Assembly (NCBI RefSeq): GCF_964355755.1
Contig: NC_092675.1
Location: forward strand, 7,125,812 to 7,189,811
Source: Antedon mediterranea
Taxonomy: Eukaryota; Animalia; Echinodermata
Direction of reading: 5' to 3'
Length of the DNA stretch: 64,000 nt
Made by a program: the position numbers and the translations under genes. Under the pieces are notes generated by a model. The model saw only the letters and a program-made list of their open reading frames with translations. It had not been told where the DNA came from and did not search any database. Positions 25,478 through 41,020 of the stretch are shown here, piece by piece; position 1 is the first letter of the stretch; every line of letters starts with the position of its first letter.

Positions 25478-25850
25478 CTTTGGAACGCTTGTTGAAGACA
25501 GCTTGGGTACAAATGGAAGATATTTGGAATCGCAGTCTTTTTATACAAAAGATGAAAAGTTATGCTGACGTCTACAAAATCAAGTTACTTCCGAACAACG
25601 TAGGCTGAGAATGAGAGAAGTAAAGATATCTCCGATATAGATATAGAACTATAATGATTGGTCTTAAGGTGAAAAACAAACTAAAATAAAATGACGCTTT
25701 CACTAATTACGTAATTTACACTTAATGTTCATCATTTGAAACAAAAATACTACTGGTACCTCATTGGCTGCTGAGAATACGTCATCAAATCAGGATTCTT
25801 AATTGGTCGTTTATAAGAAGTCGTACAATTGGATGACTTAATTACCAAAA
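25478..25850 (-). promoter_or_regulatory. Putative promoter and first non-coding exon of the neuropeptide precursor gene
   Basis: AAG|gtaagt donor at 25478; TATAAAAA at 25538-25545 (minus strand); CRE-like TGACGT/TACGTCA, TTACGTAA and several CCAAT boxes upstream. The first coding exon begins right after an AG acceptor at 21922, so an upstream exon is required. Confidence 0.55.
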
Positions 25851-28800
25851 GCAGTGTGCGCTGATGATGCAGGAATCGCGAAGTTACGTTTGCAGTTCAA
25901 ACCTAATGTAATTTGACCAAAATTAACCAAACCGCTTCAATAATACACCAACATGTAAAAACAACTGTTCAAGATTTCAATAATATTGAAAACCCCACGT
26001 GATTTTAAATATCAGATTTAATCATTTTCTATATAAAATAATCAACGTAACAGGCATATTCCTTCAACATCTTTTATTTAGTAAAACTTTAGCGTATATC
26101 AACAATGTTTTTTCCCAATTATGTTTAGAATAATTTCCGGAACTATTTTCAATTATTCTGAAAGTGTTTTTAATAATCCAAGATCATTGTTAATCTTTCA
26201 TTACGATGTGCTGATGGTTGCGGATTTGTCAATACACATTTTATGCGTTAAAACAAATCCGTAAAATTCACATTAAGTTATACACAATGTATCAAAGACA
26301 CACTATGAATACAAACATCATGTAGGCCTATCATTATAAAAATTAAAAATAAACACGTGACCAAAAAAAAAAAACAGAAACAAAACGTTTAGAAATTGAA
26401 ACAGAGATCGTATTTAGGTCTATATTGAAGACAACTCCAGATTTTAATCAGATTCTGTGTTAGAAAATATCGATGCTATTGAATAAAACTAATATGGTAT
26501 GTTTATGCCTATATACATAGCTATTTTAACAAAGAAATCAGGACGATAATTTGGACAGTTGTGGATGTTATCCGTGCAAAAAAAAATAAAAACATTACAA
26601 AAAAGATACAAAGCAAACGTATTGGCAAGTAACACATCAGTATTGATAGGTTATCCATATTTTAATCAATGGTTTCACAGTATTCATTAACATATGATAT
26701 GTCATCTTATATTCTATTACATGTTTATCGCAAGCGTACTAGTATTTATACTTTTTAATGTAGTTAGCCTTAACGTTAGCTTAATTATAGTACTTCAATG
26801 TGACTGTGAGAAATAGAACACGGTCAAAGAAATTATTTAGAGAATTATGTATTTTATACGATGACGCCTTCTAAATGAAATTCATGGGCTTTTGAATATC
26901 TATTGCAAATTCCGAAAACGGGCGGTATCAATAAAAAAAAAATCGTAAAGAAAACGTTTGGATCTGAAAAGTAACAATTTTGATTTTTATACCAACTGAA
27001 TAAAAAATGAAAATCGTACATAATTTAAGATTATTCGTTAGTTTATGAGCAAGCATTAACTAAAAGATGAACCTTATCCCAAACAATGACCTACATACCC
27101 AGTATAAATGTTTGACAAAAATGATGTAATAACAATTTTTAGTAAACTATATTGATTTCCTTCAATTGCGATTAAGGAGAGATTAACACAATGGTTGTCG
27201 AAAAAAATCCGTAGGAACGCGAATGAAACGTTAGTAAAGACCATTACCAAAATGACACAAAGCCATAAAGATATTTTGTTGGCACCAAAATGAAGATATA
27301 TGTGAAGATCTGTGAAGTTCGTATAAATGATTAAAGAGCACATTACTCTGTTAAGGGAACCTTCGATTTGCGACGACCGACAACCATCCTAGGTCAGGTC
27401 AATGGATGTATCATAGGTCGCCATCTGGACCTAAGCATCAAACATGTGTCGAGGTGGGAAGCGAGGATCCACGTCCTAATATCTCCGCATGCGCACGATG
27501 AATTAACATGACGTAGTTTGGTCGCTATTCCCTATTGAGTTTTGTGCACCAAAACTGTCATTTCCACGTCTTACATTTGACGTAACGTAGGTCAAAATAT
27601 ACTAAATGATAATATGCAACATTATTCAACTAACAATCATGAAATTAATGGTTCCAAATGTATGCAGCTATTGAGATATTGTATGCTTGTTTCAGTGTTT
27701 AAATAACGTAGACAATTTGCTGTCATAAAAAGAAATTAATTGGAACAGTAAATTTACATTATCTATTAAGTAATTATTCATTCATTCTAAAAAAAGAAAT
27801 AGTACTAATAGGAATAAGTATAATTTTCTATAGTATTGTTTAAATACGACTGATTTACAGGAAAACCATCGATTTTATTAGTACTTTTGCATCAGTGGGT
27901 AGCGCCTTAGGGGTTTGGTCCGCTTACAACCGAACATTATTAAATGGAGCCTAGGGGTTTCAGCCCGATAACTTTACACACGGGAAGGCTTGCTTATTAG
28001 TTAATCAGGTTTTCACAATATAGTTCTAAATAGTGTAACATGGCTGTCAGATTGTATTAGCTAGTGATTATCTTTGAACACAAGGCATTCTGTGTAGGAG
28101 TTTTAGATATATAACGTCGTTGGTAATCAAATACAATCAGAAAGGTAATCATACAGTTAAATACACTGGTTAAAGACGTGTTTGCCTATTTTATATTTAA
28201 ATTTAAATACACTATTTGTCTTAATAAGCATTAATAAATAGACACGCATCGAATTTGCAAGGAATAAATATAAATTTGAGCAATTATTGAGGAAATGTGA
28301 TGGATATCAACCTAATCACAAATGAGCTCTAAACCGATAGTATGTTTTGAATATTATATGAATATTTTCTATCCGTTGAATCATAAATATTAAACTAGGT
28401 CTATATGTATACAATTATTTTTATATGATCTATACCCTATTAGCTTTACATTGATGTGGTTGTCCATTATTACGCGAAGAAATGCTACATAATGTGTTAG
28501 AGGCCTACTTTATCTTAACGTTCCGGCAGCCTATAATTTAACAATTTTCTCGAGAATAATTACCCGCCATAAACATAATACCTCTATGTTTTTTTTATCA
28601 ATCAAGTCCGCATGTGTTTCGGCACTTGTTTGACCATCTATTTGTCTGTGTTACTCATTCATTTGTAGCCCCGGGCTACCAAACTGAAATAATAACTCTG
28701 TATTTATGAAAGTACACGCTAAACTTGCACTGAGCCATCAAATCAGAAAGTGGTTTTTACAATGTCTCATTTCTGGTCGTTTATAGATAATCATTACGTT

Positions 28801-30846
28801 TGAAACAAGAGTAGAAATCAGGAAAGAAATCTGAATGATATATGTTACGCATACACCGGAGGCTACTTCAATGGGTTGCTGTACTTTTGGAATGAAAATA
28901 AATAAGATTTTATCTACAGTATGTGTATAGCTAGTGCAGCAATATACAGGTGATATTTTACATCGGTACATGCAATTAATCTCCCTACTTTATTTCATAA
29001 CCATTTGGAAATTTTTGACATTAGGAACATACTTCCAGATCGTTAAAATCCATTGACATATCTGACATTCACCCATTTTCATTATTAAACATCATTTGAA
29101 ATGTTTCTTCGTGTTCATTGTGAACACCCAATTATAATGTTTATCTATCTATTTTACCGTCTTCTTGTTTTCTATCTTTTTTTCTCTAACCCACCTTTTT
29201 ATAAATCTGTGCTTCCATTGTCTTACTTTCCTTTTCTCAAAAATGCAGCTCCCGACTACTTCATATCTCAGCTCTGACAAAGCAATATGTTTTTCCCAAA
29301 AGCTTGTCACCCTATCTCTGTCTGCTTCACTCTCTATATTGAGATCCAGCCACTAAGATACCCACAGCATTTAAATTTTTTTCAGTAACTTGTCTTTGAA
29401 TTCAAATTTTATTTCATGACACCATAAAAAAACATAATACCAAGGCCTAAATATAAAAAGGTAACTCTCATTTAATGCTTAATTGCCTTGTAGAAGAACA
29501 CCTTTATGGTGACACAAGCTTTTCCGTGTTAAAATAAAGTATTTATTATTATTATTATTATTAATTAGTACAGTCTCATTTGTATGTAATCTTACTGTCT
29601 ATGGACCACTATAGACCAGAGATTCCGAAATAAAAGATTGAATAGAAATGTAATTATTCTATTTTTCATCTCTTCTCTTTTCTATTTTTCTACGTAAGTG
29701 ATTAACTTTATTAAAACTACAAAATAGCCTATTCAATGTCTGATTTATCATGTTTCATGGGGACAAGACATCTTTAATGTGATGTGTTTCATCAAAGAGT
29801 GTTTTAAAATATAATTTGCCGTGCTTTCTAAAGCTTAACATGTACTAATAAAATATAAATATAAAAGCGACACGTCTATTTTCGAAATACAGAGAGGTAG
29901 ATATATAGGCATACTTGATCAGGTCCATTGTGTTATAACATAAATATCACATACTACAGTACCATAATATTATTTAAATGCAAACGCCTAGTTTGATGTT
30001 TGAGTTTTTCCAAAAGTTGAACATGTTCATATCGACAGCAGGATGATTCGGTGCATGCAAGAAGATCAATGTTACTATCCGTGGCAATCAGTATTTGAAG
30101 AGAAAGTGGAGTCATAAAACTACTAAAAACGTAACCGTTGTAACTTGCAAGGCATAATCTTCCAGTCACTCCAATGTAGTCTTACAATCCCCCTAAATTT
30201 GCTGCAAGCGTAATATAATTTTGAAACTAAATGTATTCCGCCATTGATGTTCAATCAAATAATAATGCTGTTAACCATTTTAGACAATACTGTACCCACA
30301 TAGCAGTTAAATCAAAGTCATTGAGAACACAATCGCTAATTATATGAAGATCGAATAATACGTAAATCACGATGTTGTTGTCGGATTAATTTATACAATC
30401 ACCTTTCCACATTAATTCTTCAAGAAAACAGAAAACAGTTTGTTGATTAAAATATGATATTATAAATATTACGTATGTATGTAAAACCCTTCAACCCTGT
30501 ACGCAATGGTTCATTGCAAACTGTGACTATAAAAACCTTTTTGGCTAGAGAAACTGTTATGCCACGGTAATGATTATGTAAAGATTTATATAAACAATAG
30601 GCCTACAATATTATTTTTGGTTTTATTTATACAAATTTCTGCAAAATAAAAAACATATATTTAAAATGCATGGAAAGGCAAAACAGGCACTTAACTGCTA
30701 ATAGTGACTATTGAGTCTAATTGTCATTCTGTCCATGTTCATAGCCTATATGTTTTTGAGCGTGCGCATGCCAATTTTTACTCAACAGCGGCGACACGCG
30801 GTGAATCGTAAAAATGTTACGACAGTGAAAGGAGTTGTGGGCATAA

Positions 30847-33800
30847 TTACCTTGTGTGGGATGTTCCGGCTGATTGTACACTATACAACTTGTCACCGAT
30901 ACGTAGTTGAGTTTTCTTACGTCTTGATAACCTGAATAGTAAAAACACGTACATAACCCATCATTTAATAAACAGTAATATAATAATGCACAATTCGGTT
31001 TCAAAAACACATATTTAAATTCGGTGGCCATTGAATGAATTATTTCATCTTGGTCTGTATTAGAGCACGTACATGCGTCATATCGTGTTTTTGTTGATAT
31101 TAATCAAATTTTGATATTTTGATTTATTAATTTGTTTTATGACCAATCAATTATTATAATTTGTAAGATGTTACGTAATAATTAGATAAATGCAGACAAG
31201 TGTATGTGTGTTTTATGATACCTACGGCATACATAGTTACATAACTTATTTAACTGAAATTAGTTTAGTATACGACAGATTCACAAGTGCTTCTAATTAG
31301 TGACAAGTTGTAAGACAAACATCTAAGAACAACATACTGATAGCATATACATAAATACATGATAGTAATACAATGAAGATAGCAAAGTGTCCCCAGAATA
31401 GGGGATGGTCGTAGTGTTGAAATATAGGCTTGCTCCTCGTTTATTCCACCAACAACAATATGTTATCGTACATGTTTTCGATTTATCAAATATATAAATT
31501 CAATTTCCAATTGTTGCCGTTATCAGCTAATCTTGTACAACGTAGTATTCGTGTACAGCGTAAAGTTAATAAAGTTACATGTTGACGTAAAGCATGTACA
31601 ATAACGTCACACTTTTCAATAACAAGTAAACATAACGTCATATTCTTACAAAATAGTTCAGGAATGTAAACCCAGTTAGCCTAGTTGTGTATAGAAACAA
31701 ACGAATAGCGTAAGTTGTAGGTTCTATTAAATCAACTTTTTTTTTCTAAAATAAGAAACTAGAGTGCTTTACTGACCATTTTAGAACAGAAGAAAAATAT
31801 AAAAAATCCCATACGATTGTGATATAAACATTATCTAATTGGTATTCGCACATTATTTTTGGACATGGTGAAAAAACGTCTTTTAGACAGATTCCTTTGT
31901 GTAGTAGTTTAGTAGCAGCTGATTATCAATACTGTGTCTAGATTTCTCCAGTATCATAAGAAAATTGCATATTGCAGCATCACATGTGTTCCACGTACAC
32001 CCTTAACTAACCCTTAATCCAACCGTACATGTTACAGGTAACACATGTGATACACATGAGATGCTGTATTACGAAATCATCCTATGATACTGTTAATATG
32101 CAATTGCAATAATATTGTCGATGTGACAGCACTATGGAATCTGGTAAATGTTTGATTAATTCAATATAGGCAAAGATGCAAACTGTCTGTGGTACACCCA
32201 CAATGAAACCGGTATAATGGCAAATCAAGTGATCATTAGTGTGTACATACGTCATCTCCTACATTTACTTTCATTTTGCATTTTAGTTATACATTTATAA
32301 TATTGTTTTGACGTATGTCAATCAATGGTGACATCTGATATTGATATAACATTGTTCAGTGCATTAGTGGAAATCATTGAAGTAAAGTTAGAATTCAACT
32401 ACAAGAGACACACTCAATTCTAGTCTATCTACATCACAACATGAACTACAACAGTTGTACCAACATACTCACTTGTTTAATGTTATTGTAGTATCATTTG
32501 ATGATATTATCGGATTGCTAAGTGACGCGTTTAAACGAGAAGAAACTCTCGTATGAGATCTGTAAATTAAGGTATATTTCTGGATTCTAAACGGCATATT
32601 TAAACACAATAATAAAATATCTATAAAACCAGGAACTACATTTCTGACTAAAATATTCTTATTAATATTAGTCATTTATCTCCCATACATACACACCTCT
32701 CCCAATCGTGGCTTATGACCTTATGTGATAATAAATTTTTCAAAACTCTAAACTTGGGAATATTTGTGTTTCGGCTGGAGAAAAAGTTTTTTTTTACCAC
32801 AAATGGGTGGGTTCGTTTAGAATTGCTCTGAGAGTTTCCAATGATCAGCTTCGGTCGATGAACTTAACCCTTGTAAAATATTGTTGAAATAAAAAAAAAA
32901 TCTCACGTAAAAACAAACCGAATGTTCCATTGCCACGGACAAACGAATTTCTAAAATAGTCCTTGGCAATAAATTATTCAGAATAACTCATACCATTGTA
33001 TTCACCACTTACGTTGATCTTTGATATCTAATATGAGACTCGAGTTCCTGCTTCCATGCTACTGTATTATTCACGTTGGGTGCTATCTCAGCTTGTTTTT
33101 TACTCTTTGGTAACGAACTTGACCAGCGTCTTTGTTCGACTGATGTTTCAGCAGCAACATTATCCTATCGGTAAATAATAATACACTGGTCAATTGTTAG
33201 TGCTTTAATACGAATGTTTGTCTGTCGGTCCTTATTGACTTAATTATTTAACTACATTTTTTCTTTGGCCTAATAATTCATCTGCGTAAAATATTACCGA
33301 TATTTTCTTATACCGTACGCCTGGTTGTTGCACCTAAAGCTTGGTTCCCACTAGCGACGCAACGTAACGCAACCTACGTAAGAAAATGCCTTTTCAATAA
33401 TTGTAGTTTCCCCCGCCTGCGTGAAATCAAGCCTGCGATGTGTGCAGCACGACGGTTGCGTCGTCGGTTCCCACTTGTGATTACGAAATACAGCACACTG
33501 CGTCAATACGTCGCTGCGTTGCGTTGAGGTGCGTCGCTAGTGGGAACCACGCTTAAATACCCCAATGATTAATTAGGCTACCACATGATAGTCTAGTCTA
33601 CCAAAGTCAAAATATGTTCTTGTTTGGAATATAAGTATCGTTACTGTGTTCGTGCTACTTAGTTTTGTTATATATAAAATAAGGGAAATGAACTACATTA
33701 TTACATTATAAAGTTTTCATTTCATTCTCGGCTTAAGAATTTAAAAAGATTAAAGCCATTGGAATTTTTGAATACGTCATCGTAAATGAAATTCTCCATT

Positions 33801-36800
33801 TAGCTAATACACAATGCGCTATTTGTTTTTTGTTACTTAACTAAAAATCATCAAACATTGTTATGTGAAGAAACATACTAATCAAACCAAGGGTCAAGGG
33901 TCGAGGAAAAAGAATCGTCAGCACATAATTTCGACTAATCTACAAAAAAACAAGACACGCATTTACAGATTAGCGTCATTTAGTGTGCAATTTGTGCTAA
34001 CAAGTAGAAAAAACATTAGAAAGGTTTACTAATTGATACTTACAATGCTAGCGACAGTCATGATTTTATTTTAGCTTACCGATAATCTTGAATTGCTTTT
34101 GGAGAGAAGACGGTGATGAGGACCGTGAAGTTTTTTGTGAGCTGATTCTATGGCTCGATGAAGCGGAGTCTTGTTAGTTGCTGCTCTAAATGCTGGTGGA
34201 CCACGATGCTGTAAAAAGATAGTTGAGTAACATAATAATACTACGATAATACTACTTGTTATTGTATGCACGTATATATAATTTATCGATATTACTCTAT
34301 ATTTAAAACGTATAGGTATATGTTAAAACCAAGCACCTTGGAAGAGATACAAATGCATGCGGTAGATCCGTTTTGTAGTTTGGCAGGTTTTTGTTTTTAT
34401 TATTTTTCTGCACACACACACATTTACAAATAAAGAACAAAATTACACTATTAGAACAAGAGAACAGAAGAAGGCCAACAAGTTTGGAGGAAAAATTTAG
34501 GTCATGGCCACAAGATTAAAATAAGTATTAAGTAAATAGAAAATAAATTAAATATTGGAGGTGTAGTGTCCATGTAACTTTAGCTTTTCTGAAACACTTT
34601 TGATTCAGTGATTCATTCGGGGTTACATCAAAATACAAAAATACAATACAAAATATAACAATATTAGTAATATTAGTTAAACGTATAATACACACAAATA
34701 CACAATTATTTTTAGTTAGTTAGGATTTATCTTTGTCATTTATTTATTTATAACAATTATTGTGCATTGTCTTTAAAGTTCATGTTAAACATTAACGATT
34801 CCACATATAACCGTATTCGAATTGTATTTAAAATTATATACTATTTGAAGAATCTGGGAAGTACAGTTATTCTACATTTCAGAATTTAAAGTAGACTTAA
34901 TTTTCAAAAATATCCCGACGGTGTGTGGAGCCGTGAAATGTGCAAAAAGTCACATTTGTGCAAACAACCACATTTGTGCAAACATTTTACCTTCAAATGT
35001 GCAAACAACCACATTTGTGCAAACATTTTACCTTCAAATGTGACTTTTTGCACATTTCACGGCTCCACACGGTGTCAAAGTCATTAATTAGCTTATAATA
35101 ATAGCCTACCACCTTTCTGTTAACTCTTAATGACATAGGCCTACGGTAGTTTAACGGTAGGCCTAACGTCAGATTCAAAGTATGAAACGGTGCCCAAATA
35201 GTAGATCGAAATAATACTGTAGGGTGTGATTAACCTAATTACATTATTTCGTATCACTTTTCTAATTTGATACAATAATTATCACATTTTGTTTTAGTAA
35301 CACATTGCTATTAAACTGATAGTAGTTAATGGTTCAACTTGTTGGTGCAAAAAGTAAAAACGTTACAACGATAATATTAAGTGCGCCAGTGAATCAACTC
35401 CGGATTAGTGTGCTATGCAAATCATTCTCACCTGACGATTTTTAAAATTCTTCTTGAAACCAAAAATAGTTGTATAGAATTCCTGTAGGTTTGTGGGGGA
35501 AGTCTAACGGTCAAGTAAAAGGGGATTATCATGTTTATCGAAGCCAAAATATTAGAGTATAATCATCAGTATAATTGTAACATAGAATAATATATTATGT
35601 TGAAAAAGAGCATTCCATTGACCTCTTTTTGCGCACTATGACACCTCGATAATAGAAGAGTTGAACTTGTAATACGAAAATGTAGGGAAAGTATCATCAG
35701 GACATTTTCATCTCACTCTTTTGTATTTTTCCCTTTAAATAATTCAATTAGGCCTATTAATATATAAATAAATATAAAACAGGCTTCTATTAGCTAACAA
35801 TGTTCCACTTCTTAGTTATTGATACATATGATTAACTGGAAGAGTTATATTTTGAATAATGTTAATAACCAACCTTTGGAATATAGTTAGCATCGATGTC
35901 ATTACTTCTAGAGTAGGTGGCATAACCAGATAAAGACGTAAATGAGTGGGTAGTTTCTTCTTTAGGGTCATTCATTTGCTTTATCAACGTTTCATCGGCG
36001 GATTTTGACGTCTTTTGTGGCAATAACGGTATCCTTGGCATGCTAGCAACGTTTTTAATTTCATTGCCACTATTACTAGATTTATGATTCTGATTAACGG
36101 GGGGCAGACCAGGAGATAGTTGAATACAAGTTTGATTATCAGGCAAACTGTGCGTTGTATTTTTTGATGCATCACCATTCTCATTCGCCAGAGCGGTAAA
36201 TACAATATCCCTTTCATTGGCGTAATTCCTCTCGATACGTGGATGACTGTGTAACAAATCCCCAATACTAACGTTTGCTGAATTTGGTAAAACGTATTTC
36301 TTATGTAATTGCAGATGATCCAGATTATAGTTAGAAACAATGTCATTAACGTGATTGTTATTGTCTGTAGATACATTTGTTCCAAGTTTAGGTTCTTCTT
36401 TTTTTGTGTAGGAAAATTTTATCTTGTTCGTTACCGCTGAAATATCCAGCTGAACGTCCAAATATGTATCGTTTGCAGATAAAACATGTCGCTTCGGTTG
36501 CATACGAGTTTGCTTCTTTTCAGGTAAACTATTTGAAGAGATTGGTCTTACTTTAACATAGTTCGTTTTTTTATTAGTTTCTTTATGGTTTTCTTCTTTA
36601 AAATAAGTTTTTCTACTAGGATTATCAATAAATGCTGTTGCTTCGACTGTATTTTGTTCCACATTGTTTGAGTATGTTTCATTCCTTGTATACTTATCTA
36701 CTTTTATGATTGATTTTTCCAAGTCAGTGCCATTCTTTTCAGATAATTCTTCTAATTTTAAGTTACCATTACAATCTGATTTTTCAACTGCGTTGTCAAC

Positions 36801-39800
36801 TTTTCTTTCCTCTTGTTTTTCCAAGCTATCGTCGATGAAACTTTCCCAGTCTAATATTCCATTACAAAAATGGTCGTTTGAACAAAGATATTCAACGGAA
36901 TTTCCAGAAGTGCCTGAAAAAGGTACACAATATAGCTTTAGTCATTTTCAAAGATGAAATTATACGTTAGGTTATTAAAAATGTTTTATAGAGACAATTC
37001 TCCTAAAGGTGGTTGTAATCTGTAAAGTTGACATGTAAACACAAATCATATAAAGCTTTGAAATGAAGATACATAAACGTGCTTCATTGAATAAATGGTA
37101 GTAAAATACTAATGTGTGAGGAGATGTACAGTACGGTAGGCCTAATATGTAATGTTATCAATAAGTTTTTCATGATTTATTTATTCCCGTATTTATAATC
37201 AATGCCTCCATGATTGTATATCTGACAAATGTTCGTTGGACTATTACCAACCAATAACACCGGACATCTTATTTATAGCAACAATAGTTGCAATATTAGC
37301 AGCAATAGTAACAATATTTATGTTCTGATTTTCAATTAACTTACTTTCTTTATATCTTCTCTTACTCCAAGCCTCAATACCTGAAGAAACAACAGAGAAT
37401 TGTTATATATAATTTGTATAGTAATTCTTATTTAGTATTTGGAATCTATAAACTAAACTGTAAGCAAACGACTTATCTTCAACAGGCTCCCATGCTGGTA
37501 TATACAGTAATCTAATATAAATATGAGACCTCGGAACAAGTGGAACTATTCAAATCATACACTATAGAAATGATAGCCTGACTTTCAATGATTTTCTTAC
37601 CAATGTTATACGTGTCACAGTCTGGCTTAACTGACCAACCGATAAGCTTCTCCCATTTTCTTGCCTTCACACTGTAAAAAGTATTCAAGTTTAAACTTAA
37701 AATGTATTATACGTCCATTGAACAGGTAATATACTATCAAATCATTTTAAAAAACTATGATAGTAAATGAATATTTTATCATTATTAATATAAAACTAAA
37801 TAATAGATATGATTAATTATCTAACGAGGTTTTTATTTAACGATGCATAGTGTTACGTCTTGTCACCTATTTTTTTTTATAAAGCGTGGTTCTCACACAA
37901 CACAACGAAGCGACATTGACACAACGTGCTGGATTATGTAATACTGTATCACAAATGAACCGACGACGCGACTTTACAACAAACATCGCTGGGTTGATTT
38001 CACGCAGGCGGGGGAAAACGTTGCGTAGGCTGCGTTGCTAGTGGGAACGCTTAAGCTTGGTTCCCACTAGAACGTAACGCAAGGACGTAAACGCAACGCA
38101 AGCGTTTTAACCAATAACAAGCGAAGTTATAGACAGTTAGCAATCACAAGCGAATAAGCCATCGCTTGTGATTGGTCAATTCACTTGCGTTGCGTTACGT
38201 CCTTGTGTTGCGTCGCTAGTGGGAACCACGCTTTAATCATAAGTTGTGATTACGCAATACAGCACTTTTCATCGATACGTCGCTGCGTTACGTTGCGTTC
38301 TAGTGGAAACCACGCTTTAGTATTTGAAGATATAAATAACATTCAATTTGTCCATAAAACGAACCAGTTCATTAGAATGCGTGTTTGTGGTAATGAGGTA
38401 GAATATTCAGACAATAAAAGTTAGGCCATCATTACATCAAAAATGAAAAATGTAAGGGTACCCAAAACTTTGCATGTAATGAGGTATCCAGACGACAATG
38501 TAGGTCCATACAGTGAACCCATCGGTAAGATTTATTCATCTTTTATCATTGGCCTATCTGAACCAATTTGTGTTATTATAATTATCAATATCAACAACAA
38601 AATAAAAACGCACTAGGCCTATATTGTATTCGTGCATTTCATACATGAATAGCGATGGGAGATGCATTTCGAGTCTAGGAACAATAATCAAATTGTAACG
38701 TAAAAGATTTTGCCGCATCGAAATATGATTAAGCAATTCTCGCGTGGATTGCTATTACGGTGATTAGTATTGTCACACAGAACATAATTAAGTTGTGAAG
38801 CGACCTAGAAGAACATTACATTAGTTAGGGTACTTCAGACAAATAGTCTGTCGCAAAAGTGTCGAAGAATGTCAATGCAGATTTGTGTACATGTAGCGAT
38901 AGTTTGGTTTGATACTAACAGGTACGGTACGAGTAACACACATTGTTATACACATTTTTAATTTTGACCTCAAATAAACATACCGCATACTCAAAATGTT
39001 AACTCAAAACCAAACTTAATATTTTTTTTTATTCAAATTCGTGTTTTATAAATACTTAGATTAAGCTTCTTCTTTTTTTTTTCTATGGATGTATTCTGTA
39101 ATCATGGTATTCCGAAATAAAAGGATGAATGAATTATATTTATCTATACCATACAAAGATGTTATTAATGAAATGCCGAGATGCATTTAGAGCCAGTTAT
39201 GCTATTTCCCCCATGCACCTTTTTTTTTACGAACCGGTACGCAGGCTACACTTCATGCACTTTTTAAATAGTATAAAAAGGAGAAAAGCGATCTACAAAC
39301 TTGAACCCACAACCCCACAAAACCGTCACCACCAATCCCCTCTTCGGCTTGAAAGGCATTTCATTCGTTGGTTTCAGACGTTCCTCTGCAGGCACCTGTG
39401 ATTTTTATTTTATTAAATTAGCCTATGTGTTCAAGGACAAGTATGATATTAAAAAGAAATATGATCGAAAATGATCATACAGCGATGTAATCGTTCATGG
39501 ATTAACCATACCAACAAAACCCTTGTTTTGTTAACAGTGGATAAATAGTGTCCCCCTTGGCCTACGTGTCGGTTCACGGATTATTTAGCCTAAGGTAGTC
39601 GTTGCTATGGTTACAGTTGTAAACCTGCTAAAGCTTGGCATGTTATTATGCATAGTATTATAATTACAGTACTGTAAAGATACTTAAATTTAAGAACATA
39701 CAGGTAAAAGATATCTGAAATTACTTTAGGCATAAAGGGGATGGTAAAATAGTCAATATTTTTCATGTGGTAATGCACCTCCTAACAGTACATTCATTTG

Positions 39801-40074
39801 CAAACGGAGAAAAGAAAACATGGGTAGGCCTATATCAGATGGTTCATGTGATTTTATCTCACCGGGTATACACACGTATTTCTAATGGTAACTCACATTG
39901 TAGAATAATGCTCATAACTGTATAGGTATATATAGTTGCCCTCTTATGACCATCAGTAGGCCTACTTGAATAGTGTAGGGCTAAATAGACACGCAATGTC
40001 GACACTTACCTGTTAACACTGGTAACGGGTTTCTTTGTAGTCTGGTTCCGTCGATGCATAGGCCTATCTATCAT
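30847..40074 (-). CDS. Uncharacterised, largely low-complexity intracellular protein (about 554 aa)
   Basis: Phase-consistent exons 40074-40010, 37671-37601, 37380-37345, 36913-35874, 34208-34080, 33164-33013, 32559-32473, 30931-30847. No signal peptide or recognisable domain. The 3' end is uncertain (possible donor at 30851). Confidence 0.65.
31949..32091. mobile_element. Short MITE with internal taaccc-like repeats
   Basis: cagtatcata(a)g / ctatgatactg termini and imperfect inverted arms. Confidence 0.45.
33338..33553. mobile_element. PIF/Harbinger-type MITE
   Basis: TIRs agcttggttcccactagcgacgc / gcgtcgctagtgggaaccacgct, with a TAA target-site duplication. Confidence 0.8.
34923..35070. 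repeat. Palindromic element with an internal direct repeat
   Basis: gtgtggagccgtgaaatgtgcaaaaagtcacattt and its reverse complement flank a duplicated ~40-bp unit. Confidence 0.7.
37882..38317. mobile_element. Cluster of adjacent or nested Harbinger-type MITEs, same TIR family as 33338-33553
   Basis: Repeated agc(g/t)tggtt(c)ccac / gtggg(a)aaccacgct ends; one complete copy at about 38054-38232. A related internal fragment lies at about 22250-22395. Confidence 0.7.
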
Positions 40075-41020
40075 ATTAAAATAGTCATCGGTCGTAGAGT
40101 TTTAAATAAGGTTTAAAATGCCGACAGCAAAGTTTCTCAATCTTCCACGGGGTACTACCATCTTTAATCAATACACGATATAACTTTGTCTTCTTCTTAA
40201 CGATCGTTTAAGACCCTGTTCATTGTGGACATGTTTGCCTGCGCTATGTATAATACAATAGCCTTTCACACATAATAATAGACATGATAATAGGCCTATT
40301 CGTGTAATCAACCTGCTTCAGTGTTTGGTAATAATGACCTTTTTCTTGACGCTTGATCAATGAAGGTAAACCGATCGCTGAGTAGCCTACCTAAACTTGA
40401 GATATCGAATCAAATCATTTAATTAGCAATTTATTGACCATTGATTATTTTTTCTCAAACTGAATGTATACTCATACAATCATCATTTTATTGATAGTCA
40501 TGATTAGCGATAGATATGTTCACATTGTATTTAAATGTGAATACAGTGGAATAAATACAGTACAGCATGTGGGTTAGCACAGTACAGTATCTTATAATGA
40601 CGATAAAAAGCGTATACAGTTTCTTGTCTGCAGGCTGTAGCATTTAATCACACGAGCTACCGTAGTCACATGTGGGGAATTGGGGTACTTGAATAAACAT
40701 ACTCTCTATTCTAAACAAAGAATAAAAGTAAACATCACAGTAAAGCGATCGTTAATATCACATACACCAAACGGCCCAATCACACAGGTTGCATTATAAT
40801 GCCGATTTTTATCTCTTTTATCGCAACATAATTTATTGGTATTTAAATACAAATCAAACATTTCAAAGTTCACGAACACTCCTTTACAGTAAAATGCAAA
40901 CCGTTCAAACATACCGGTCCAGCACGATATGATGTTCAATTTCATTAGTTTTACATTAAATACGCATATTTTACAAAAACTATTTATGCGATTTATTTTT
41001 ACAAAATTATATTCCGTTAA

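Noticed and set aside
27350-27560. GC-richer island with possible inverted ends
   Set aside because: The terminal match is too weak to call an element, and there is no coding evidence.
29954-30192. Possible extra terminal exon of the orphan gene
   Set aside because: The acceptor is weak and the frame choice is ambiguous; it cannot be supported without transcripts.
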